Shown: piece by piece, positions 53,994 through 64,000 of the stretch
Numbering within the stretch: position 1 is the first letter of the stretch
Layout of the letters: every line of letters begins with the position of its first letter
DNA from: Glaucostegus cemiculus
Taxonomy: Eukaryota
DNA: 64,000 bases
Assembly (NCBI GenBank): GCA_976551045.1
Contig: CDPCPM010000073.1
Location: forward strand, 25,978,001 to 26,042,000
Reading direction: 5' to 3'
The notes under the pieces: model-generated
Seen by the model: only the letters and a program-made list of their open reading frames with translations
What the model was told of the DNA's origin: nothing
The model's database searches: none
Translations under genes and position numbers: made by a program

Positions 53994-55339
53994 ATGGAGG
54001 TAGATAGATTCTTTATCAGCAAAGGCATGAAAGGTTACTGCCAGTGAGCATAAATGGAGAATTGAAGTTACAATCGAATCAAACGCGTTCTTACTAAATG
54101 TCAGAGGGGGCTTGAAGTGCTGGGTGGCTATTTCTGTTCCCAAGTTGTACATCTGTATGTAACAACAAATCTAGAAACACAATCCTGGCTGTACAGCAAA
54201 GCTCCCCCCATTTTGTTCAGGTTACTGAAGAACTGGTTTAGCATACCGATTGTGTGAAGACGTTTTCCCATGATGGTGCAGCTTTCTTTGTGGCCCAACA
54301 TGTGACTGCTTGGACTCCCGATGGGATTCTGAGAAGAGTTAGCTTTGGTCCTTTGCCAGTTAGTAGCTAGCCTGTGACAAGTTGGGCCAGCGAATGAAAG
54401 CCCTAGTAAGTCATCCATGCTCAACTGTTATATATAAACAAAAACTGTCCAGCATAATCATAATTGTATTGGCAGAAGTTGTAGAAGGAGAAAATAGACA
54501 AAAGAATTCCTGAAAGTTAAAACATAAGCCAAAAGCTAAGCCAGCAATCAGCTACCCCTAAGCCCAAAGAATGCAAAGCACTTGAAGTATATGTCATGCT
54601 TATAATAATATTTTTACCAATAATCAAAACATAATTGAACTAGATAGTTATGTCAAAAATCACAATCAGTCCCCAAATCTAGATGCACCCTTCAATGCAC
54701 CAATTTGTAGATATTCATCATGTTTTCTCTAATTAGAATGTTGTATTTAAAAAAAATTAAAAGTTCTGCAACACTGGTCATCAACTTCATTCTTTAATTC
54801 TTTTTTGAAAACTAATATTCCCAAGCAAACTATTCTTAATTAATTTTAATCAAATTATTTTTCCTAATATTCTGACCATAACATTGTTCAAATTCCCCTC
54901 CTTACTTTTAACCTTCCTTCAATGTTTCTTGACTGTACTGTTATTAATTCTTCATGTTAAACATCTACACTTAAGAAATAAAATTGGCATTAAAACACTT
55001 GCACTGAGATACAGCTTTATGCAAAATGATGTGTTAAGTACTTATATTACACATTTCAATGCTTTTCTCCCCCCTACTGTGGAAAGCTACAAGATATACA
55101 TAATGTTATTCTAATGAATGATCCGAGAAGGCCATCCACAAATATCAAATTCTTTAAAAATATTTTCAGAATAATCAGCAGGAAGAAAAATTTACTCTCC
55201 CACTGAAACATCTTATCATAAATCAACTATTATAGTCAAAGCAATCAATATTTAACTAGATGATATTGAACTGCATATTTTGTAAATTTATTGTTCCTCT
55301 AGTCACTAGCATCCTAATATGAACATTATATGCAATTTA

Positions 55340-56110
55340 TGGCAACAATTAATAATTATTGTAAGCTTATCACATACATACTTCTTCTCAAAGGCCAGAA
55401 GACCACATACCTGACATATACTTCCTTCTTTTTCCTGACCAGAGGTTCAAAGTCCCTTGTCAACCAAGGCTCGCAAATTCTGCCAGCCTTGTTCTTCATT
55501 CTAACAGGAATGTGCTGTCCCTGAACTCCCCCCAATTTATTTTAAAATCCTCCCTCTTGCTAGACGTCCCTTTACCTGCAAACAGCCTCTCTCCCAATCA
55601 CCTTGGAGTTCCTGTCTAATGCCTTTGAGATTGGCCTTGGATTTTAATTTGTGGATCAGCCCTATCTTTTTCCCATAACTACTTTAAAAGTAATAGAATT
55701 TTGATCACTGGTCCCAAAGTACTCCCCCACTGAAACTTCAGTCACTTGCCCACCCTCATCTCCCAACAGGAGGTCAGGTGTCCAGCATCTACATACTGTT
55801 TGAGAAAAGTTTCCTGGGCACAATTAAAAAATTCTGCTCCACCCAAGTGCATTGCACTATGGCAGTCCTAGTCAATACAAGGGAAGTTTAAAGCACCTAT
55901 ATAAACAAGCCTATAATTTTTGTACTGTGTTCTACTTCCTACTGACTATTGGGCAGGCAGGCATCTAATACCATACATTCAAAGTGATTATTCCCTTCTT
56001 ATTTCTAAATTCCACCCCCCCCCCCACCGCCACCGAAGAATATCCTCTAAGTGGCACTGTGATGTTCTCCCTAATCAAAAACACAACTCTCCCTCCTGTC
56101 TTACCTCCAC
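55340..56110 (-). mobile_element. Degenerate CR1 fragment (endonuclease/linker part)
   Basis: Similar by eye to 20900-21500 of the young CR1. Confidence 0.6.
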
Positions 56111-59100
56111 CTCTATCATGCTCATAGCACCTATAGCATTTACTCCAATGTAGTGCACTTCATTTGGTATCCACAGTGTGGTCCTATCCACAATGGAGAA
56201 ACCAAATACAGATTGGGTGACTGCTTTGCAGGCATCTATGTTTAGTTTGCAGGGGTAACTCAGAACTACCTAAAGCAAAGCTACTTCTCCATCCCACCCT
56301 GGCTCAGACTCTGGCCTCTTGCACTGTTATAACAAAGGCCCAAAGTATGTTTGAAGAACAGCACCTCATCTTCCCTCTATATACATTTGCAGCCATTTGG
56401 ACTCATTATTGAATTCTACAACTGCAGGTGACACACTTCTCTCTATTAGAAATGGCCATTTCTGGTCATCCATCTGTTATATTATCAGTTTTCCTCTCTT
56501 CATTAGGCCCACAGTCCTGCATTTTACAACCCAAATTCCTTTGCTTATATCCTCACTCTTTAACTACTCTCATCGCATAGATTAACGGAGAAAATAAAAG
56601 CTATCAACTGGTTGAGAAATCAGGAGCAAAGCTATGCTAATCATAAAGAAAATCAGGACCACCTCATAACATGAGGGGTGGTAGAAATTTGGATCTCTCT
56701 GCCTTACAATTCTGTGGATGTTCAGACAGCCGGAGCTTTCAAAGGCATATTTTTATTAGATAATGGCAATAAAGGGCTAAAGAACAATATCAAAACAAAC
56801 AGTATCAGCCACCATCCAACTGAACAGTGGAGAGAACTTGTGTGTCTCAAGACACTATACCATTCCTTATGCTTGCAGTTCCCAGTGTTCACTTTTCCAA
56901 TATTTGCAACTCAATAACCATAGAAGACATAACAAATAGAAAGGGGACCACAAGCAAGCATATTTGAACAGAAAATTGCAAAAACAGAAGTACCTTTGGG
57001 GAGGGAGGAACTGTTACCTGTACTTAAAAATATTTTCCAAATAAAACTTGTTAATTAAACTTCTTCAATATCAGTAGCCAGTGTCAATATGACATATTGT
57101 TTTGGTAATAGTGATTTTGTTGTGCAAGAGCAATGGATGGACTGCTTTCACACACAGGCTGCTGCAAGACTGTAGTAAGGGGAAAAGCCAAGCACCAGCA
57201 TCTATACTTATTGCTGGAGAACATTAACCAGGTTTGCAATAATATTTTATTTTCCCATATTTACAAATCTATTAAAATATTCATTTTAAATTGTTATATT
57301 CAACAGTTATTCACTTTTTTGTGCACAAAAGCTAAATGTATTGAATTTCTGAAGCTTTTTTCCCTCTTTAGCAGGATCCTACTAAGGTTGCACTCCAAGT
57401 AATCACATTATAGCAAGTTAACATCTCCTCGACAGTTCAAATAAGACCTTGGATACAAGTGACTCCTGCTATCATCTTCCAGGGGAATAGATGCCAAAAA
57501 TAAATAATGAGATCTATCAAATTGAATTAGAATGCAACATTATATCACTGACGTGAGGTGCCATTGTGAACAGATGAGTCAGCTCCCTTTCAGAAGAACA
57601 AAGAACATCAGCAAATAGAGCTTGGGTGGTCTATTTGGCCTTTCAAGCCTGTGCCACCCTTCAACAAAATCATGGCTGACATTTATCTCAGTACCATCTT
57701 CCTGTCCTATCTCCATACCACCTGATTCCACTAAAATCCCCAAAATTTTGTATTTCAATGAGGTAACTTCTTTCTTCTAAACTGCAAAGAACAGAGGAAT
57801 TGCCTGCTCAATCTTTCCTCACACGACAGACTTGCCATCTGAGCAACCAGTCTGGTGAATGTTCTTGCTCTCCCTTCAGACCAAGTGTAGCAAGGACAAG
57901 TTTGCTATCGAAGGAGAGCAGTGAATACTCAATGGCAGTCTCAAAAAGGCCTTGTAGCAAGATATCTTTACTCCTGTATTTATATCATCTAGCAATAAAG
58001 ACAAAACACCATTAGTCTTAACTGTTTGCTGTACCTGCATGTGTGCTTTCAATAATTTGTGCACAAAGGTTCCCAGGTCATCTTAACCATCATTTCCCAA
58101 TTTCTCACTATTCAAAAAATACTTAGTATTTTTATTTTTCTGCCCCAAATAAAAATGTAATTGCTAAATGCCTATTTACAGACATGAAATGGAGTTGAAA
58201 ACAACAGGATGGCCACTTTCATTTTAATATCTAAATAACATTAAATAATTCTGATCAGAATAATACAATTCAAATCCACAGTTATCGACTGATGCTTGTT
58301 TAATATAACAAATTACAAACCCAGTAATTTAAAAATGCAGGAGTAAGCTATACAGCCCAAGATGTTCTGCCATTCGATGTCCATGATTAATGTTATACTT
58401 TGTCCACTTTCTGTCTAATCCCATTTGATTTCCTTACTGTTCAAAAATCTATACATTATGCTGTTGGATATACTCAATGTGAGCTTTTACATCTCTTTGG
58501 GTAATATCCAAGATTTGCAAACAGCTAGCTAATGAAATTTATCCTTTCCTCAGATCAAAGTGGTAGGCCCATTATGCTCCCCAGTTATAGAATGTGTCAC
58601 CTATGGAAACACCCTCTCGATATTTACCCTCCCATACCATCTTGTATCATCTCTCATTCTTAAAAACATTTCTGCCTCCATGGCAAACATGTCCTTCCTT
58701 TTGAAGATGAAAACCATACACACAACTCTGGGTATGGTAATACCAAAGCCCTGCACAAAAATTTCCTCACTCAGTTACTCCAAGCTCATTGCATTAAAAG
58801 GCAGGCATACCATTTGCTTTCCAAATTGGTTCCTGTACTGCCATGTCAACTCCCTGTATTTTGTGAATCAGCATAATGAGATATTCTGCTGCATTATTTT
58901 TCCCAGTAAAGTGAATCATTTCATTTTCCCCACATTAAAATTCATTTGTCATTTTTGCCACTCTTTAAATCATCTCCATCTTCTTTTTAAGATTCTTTGC
59001 ATCCTTCTCACTTTTCATTGGAATTATAATTCACAATTATGTCAGATAGTAATACAGTAGTGTAAGAATAATATTCAGCTGATTGTATCCCTCTACTGCT

Positions 59101-59169
59101 ATCAACATCAAACCAGAGAGAATTGGAGGAGATGGTATTTCTCATGTCCTTGTGACATGGAAGTTTCCC

Positions 59170-59415
59170 TAGAACCTATCCTCTTACATGTGCCCATTAA
59201 CACATCCTGGTTTTCCTACTACTCACTTACACTACAGGCACTTTACCATACTCCATTAACCTGACAATCAGCATCTATGGAGTGTGGAACAAAACTAGGA
59301 CAAACCCACAGCCACAGGAAGAATATGCAAGCTCCACTCTAATTGCATCAATGGTCAGAATTGAACCTAGGTTACTGGAACAGTGAGGCAGCTACTGTCA
59401 CTGCAGCATCACTGT
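59170..59415 (-). mobile_element. Old SINE
   Basis: aattgaacctagg...gtgaggcagc is the inverse of the SINE head. Confidence 0.6.
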
Positions 59416-60478
59416 CCCAGTGCTATTTAGTCAATTATGCTGCTACCAACAGATGTGGCTCTTTCTGTCCTAGGTAATTACAATATCAAATCATGTACGA
59501 GAGCCACAAAAAAGAGGTTGGGAGAAATTCAGAATGTAGAAAAACAGAGAAAGAAGAGAGAAAAGGTCAAAAAAGGTTAAACAGAAAAATGGACAGAAAG
59601 ATAAAGAGGAAATAAAATTGGGTGAGAAAAAATGGGGTGGGTTTAGCAAAAAGTAAAACACAAGTTATTAAAATCAAACTATTTGAAAGTAGAAAAGAAG
59701 AATGAGGAAGCTAATTTAGTGATACACTTTTCTTCAATGAACCAAATAACTTAAGACAACCATATATATAAAAAATAAGATAATATTGCATTTTATAGCA
59801 GTGAATTGCCATGACTAATGTCATAATTAGCTTTTAATGCGTCACCAACAAATAAGGCTTTTTGATCGGATTACTTCCTTGTAAAATATTTCCACCAAAA
59901 GCCCAATTTCCTTTCAGAGCCTACTTCCTTCTATATTTTCTAATGGATAAAACCTCGCTGTAAATCATGGCTGATCTTTTACCTCAGCACCATCTTCCGG
60001 CACGATCCCCATATCCCTTGATTCCCTTAATACTGTGAAATCTATCATTCTGTGTTTCGATTGAACTCAAAGACCATGCCTACATAGGCTTCCAGGCAGA
60101 GAATTCTAAAGACTCACCATACTCTGCATGAAGAAATTTCTCCTCCTCTCAGTCCTAAGTGGCTTATGTCTAATTCTGAGACTGTGCCCCTGGTGTTCTA
60201 GGCTTCTCAATCATGGCAAACATCACTGCATCCAGCCTGTCAACCCCTATAAGAATTTTGCAAGCTTCAATGAGATCTCTTCCCATTCTCCTAAACTCTA
60301 GAGAAGACGGGCCTAGTATTCTCAATCTTTCTAATACAAGAAACCTACTATTCTTGGAACCCAAACCCTATACAAGTAAGACAAATATACTTTTGTACTC
60401 TTGCAATAAAGGCTAACATGGCATTTGCCTTCCTAATCACTTTCTTCACCTGCATGTTAACTTGTGTACAAGGACACC

Positions 60479-60680
60479 AAGATAAAATACAAGACATCTT
60501 TATTAGTCACATGTACATTGAAACACACAATGAAATACATCTTTTGTGTAGTGTTCTGGGGCAGCCCACAAGTGTCACCATGTTTCTGGCACCAACATAG
60601 CATGCCCACAACTTCCTAACCTGTACATCTTTAGAATGTGGGAGGAAACCTGAGCACCCAGAGGAAACCCACACAGACAC
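60479..60680 (-). mobile_element. 5'-truncated SINE, same family, nested in CR1
   Basis: Reverse complement of the 3' half of 927-1205. Confidence 0.85.
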
Positions 60681-60949
60681 CCTTTGAGCATCAACATTAC
60701 CAACTCTCCTATCACTTGAAATTACTCTGATTTTCTATTTCAAACATCAAATTGGGTAGCTTCTCATTTTTCCATATTATATTACAACTGCCATATTCAT
60801 GCCTACTCGCTCAGCTTGTTATATTACTGCCAATGCAGTTTCAAATCTCCAGCTCTTTTGACTTAATTTTACTTAACATTATATTTCTGCAACCACCAAT
60901 CTGCTCAATCAAACCCTCACATCTGCAATTGTTTCAATTCAATAAAACT

Positions 60950-62830
60950 ATTACTTTCTCTGATAAACTTGAGAGAACAAAGGTGAATCCTTAAGAGATA
61001 GCTATGGCAGATATTTGGTTTGGTTATCTGTTATCAGATCTGGCTAGACCACAAGGCACCACAAGATCTCAGAATCTTCGGCTAAACCTGCTCCCTATTC
61101 TGGCATTACCCTAGATATTGAAGATAACCCTGGACTTTCATCAACACATGCGAGGAAATCTCATGGAAATCTTTAATATCGAGACTGTTCTGCAATCTCT
61201 GGCACTTCCTGTTTTCCTCTAGCCAGCAAGTCAAACATCCCCAGGATCTGAATATACACATGTTGGACTTGCATCTTTTTCTATTTTCTAACCGCTCCTT
61301 TCCAAGCTCATCTTGTCCAGGTATCACCTCCTGTTCCCTTGACCCTCTCATTCAACTTATTTTCCTGGCTCCCATGTTGGTTAATAATGGTAAGAGTTTC
61401 CTCCCCTGAGATACCATCTTCATTGACTCTTCCCTCAAAAAAAATCCTTGACTAATTTTTCCTTAAAGTACTGCCCCATCTAAATTTCCTTTCCTCTCTA
61501 AAGCCCTTGGATATGCTGTTATTTTGCAAATCCATTTCTATCTTTTCTACAATGCCACAATTAATCACACCATTCTCCCAGCACTTCCAAGTAGGATTCC
61601 TCTGTCTAGTTCCACTTGTATCTCTCCAGTCCTGAGCAAGGAATCACCTTCAATGGTTGTTCTTCTTGCTCTTATGGTATTGTCACAAATGACCTTCAAG
61701 AATTTAATTTTTAGCCCCCTTTGTTTTCTTTGGTCCGGAGGAGGCTGAGGGATGGACATGGTAGAAGAATACAAGATCATGAGGGGCATATATGGGGTAG
61801 ATAGTAAAAAAATCTTTCCCCATGGCAGAGCTATCTAAGAATAGAGGGCATAGGTTTAAGAGTAAGAGGTTTAAAAGGGATCTGAGTACGTTTTTTTCCA
61901 CCCAGAGGTTGGTTGCAATCGGCAACACATTGCCTACACAACATTTAAGCAACCAGATGATCATTTGAATTGCCAAGGCACAGTAGGCAATGGACTAAGT
62001 ACTGGTAAATGGGATTAGTACAGACGAGTACCTGATGGTCAACATGGACTTGGTGGGCCGAAGGGTCCGTTTCTGTGCTGTAGAGCTCTAAAGACTTATT
62101 TACATTACTTTTGGCAGCTTCACCTGAAAACACATCAGCTTCCATATCTAGCTTTGGTACTTAATCACTCTCCTTAGCAAATGCCTAAGGCTGCACCAAA
62201 ATATTTGTAAACTATATGTTATATCTGATCCCAAAAAGGATTCCAATAACATCCACTCCATCATCTAGACCTCCACTTTCATCCTCATAACAATGCCCAA
62301 TTCTGTCCACACCTCAGCTCATCCGCAGTTATTCATTCAAGGCTGTTCTACTCTATTATGTTCCTGATTAGCCACCTAAATGAGCTTCAGCTCATCCAAA
62401 ATTCTATTGCTCAATTTATAATTTATGCCCAGCCCCAATCACCCATGACCTTTATGCTCACCTGGGACACTTGGTTAAACAAAACTTCTATTTTAAAGTT
62501 CTCTTGGTTTTGAAATGCTTCCATGCTTCACCCTTCCCATATCTGTTACCTGCTCCAGGTTAACAACCCTCTCAGATAACTCCACTCCTTTAATCCTGGC
62601 CTCCTGCATATTCCCAGTTTTTCATCATTCCAGCTCTGGCATCTGACTTTTAGTTGACCAGACTTCAAGTTCTGAAATTCCCTATCTTAATCCCTCTTCT
62701 TTCTGCTGCTATTTAAAATATAATCCCTTTAATTCTGTCCTAAAATTCCTTAATTAGCTTGCTGTCATATTCGTGGTTGATGACAATCCTCTATACCATC
62801 TTGGGACTTTCTTCCATTAAAAGGAAAATT
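60950..62830 (+). mobile_element. Degenerate L2-like LINE
   Basis: ORF2-like remnants (LQLIQNS, PIT.., FKVL). Confidence 0.55.
61735..62095 (+). mobile_element. CR1 3' fragment nested in an L2 remnant
   Basis: Reads RRLRMDMVEEYKIMRG; 3' hairpin gggccgaagggtcc. Confidence 0.75.
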
Positions 62831-63689
62831 GTTGTATTCTACACACAGAATAAGCTACTGATTTTTTTATTTTGCTCTATTAAATCTGAAAGTCCTACTG
62901 TTGATATTTATAAGAATACTCTGCAATCAGTAAAGTTGAAAAATATGGCCATTGTTATCAGCGCCCAGGTTAGAAATTCATAGTCTCTGTAACTGCCTTT
63001 ATAAAAGACTGCACAGACAGAAATAATTAAAGATGAGAAGACCAATAGAAAGAGAAATATGATTACAGTGAAAGCTGTATTTTAGCATTACTCCAGAATT
63101 TTATAACGTGGCTGTTCTAGCAATCAGCGTTCCAGAGGAAGTGGCCATACTGATGGATGGGCAGCACTGGCAGATTCAATTAACCAGCACCTGCCAAGTC
63201 AAGGTAGATTTACAAAGCTTTCACTATATTTGTATATAATGTTCTCAGGAATCAAACAAATGTAAGAGAATAATGTTAACATTTCCAGGATTCTGTTTTT
63301 ATTTAACAGGTCAGGCAGCATCTATGGAGAGAAAATTAAATTTCAGATTGATGACCTTTCATCCTCAATTTCTTTGCCAGTAAAATGGAACACAAATGAG
63401 AATTTTAAAAAATGTTTTCAAAACTGGAGTAAAAGACAAAAGGTTGTTTTCTTTATAAACTACTGAACCTCTAATAAGTGGACAGAGATTTAGGATTACA
63501 ATGGGACAAAAATCAATAAGCAAAATTATTTTTTTCAGAGTCTCATTAGAACATGGGATGTCTTATCATAACACTTAGGCAGGCACGTGCGAGACTCTTA
63601 ATAAAAGGGAATCAAATGGTCTAAGGTATAGGAAATAAATTAAAGACTTCAACTAATCAGCAGAATAACATATTAAAAAGCTTGTTTTA

Positions 63690-64000
63690 TATAATGCCTT
63701 TCAGGAAGTCTCAGAACTCTTTATAACCATTGAGGTATGACTGAAGTCTAACCATCATTATAAAGTACAAAAGACTGCACTGTATACAAATGATAATGTG
63801 ATTAAAGGCCAACAATATGCTTAAATCATGTTGGCTGAGGTAGAAGGCTGGTCAGGGTACAGGGAGTAATTCCTGTGCTTTCCTTTGAAATAGTGCCATG
63901 GAATATTTTACATCCACTGAAGAAAGTAGATGGCTCTCAGTTTAACATCTCGCCTAAAAGCCATCCCTTTGACAATGCTGTATTCCTCCAGCCTATATAT
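63690..64000 (-). mobile_element. Deu-domain SINE (SacSINE/AmnSINE-like)
   Basis: Minus strand gagatgttaaactgag...ggatgtaaaatattccatggcactattt resembles the recalled Deu core. Confidence 0.7.

Larger units (their letters stand above)
57590..60800 (-). mobile_element. Cluster of old CR1 3' fragments (~57590-58140, 58320-59020, 59960-60800)
   Basis: Repeated CR1 tails; ORF 60170-60364 LERLRILGPSSLEFRRMGRDLIEACKIL matches CR1 ORF2. Confidence 0.65.

Noticed and set aside
58560-59060. 166-aa plus-strand ORF
   Set aside because: Lies antisense in a decayed CR1 and has no protein-like motifs.
1-64000. Prokaryotic systems (CRISPR arrays, operons, defence islands)
   Set aside because: The sequence is an intron-rich vertebrate locus with no regularly spaced repeat-spacer array.

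Overview
AT-rich vertebrate genomic DNA. The repeat content (tRNA-derived V-type SINEs, a Deu-domain SINE, CR1, L2, Rex/Babar, Tx1 and Penelope-like fragments) suggests a cartilaginous fish, probably a ray; this is inference. Most of the window is one spliced minus-strand gene for a transmembrane channel-like protein, best matching TMC5. I traced 17 phase-consistent GT-AG coding exons (49561 down to 243; 2199 nt, 733 codons), and the gene continues past position 1. Notable extras: (1) a probable alternative 137-codon first exon at 35322-35733; (2) about a dozen minimal hammerhead-ribozyme motifs carried by Penelope-like element ends, several on the pre-mRNA strand; (3) a young 5'-truncated CR1 LINE with an unbroken ~810-aa ORF, fused to the 3' end of a different CR1; (4) a solo LTR with a 4-bp TSD upstream of, and co-oriented with, the gene; (5) a ~95-bp inverted repeat next to the first coding exon; (6) several local duplications and templated patches. 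Exon boundaries were read by eye; repeat boundaries are approximate, and family names come from recalled motifs rather than database searches.
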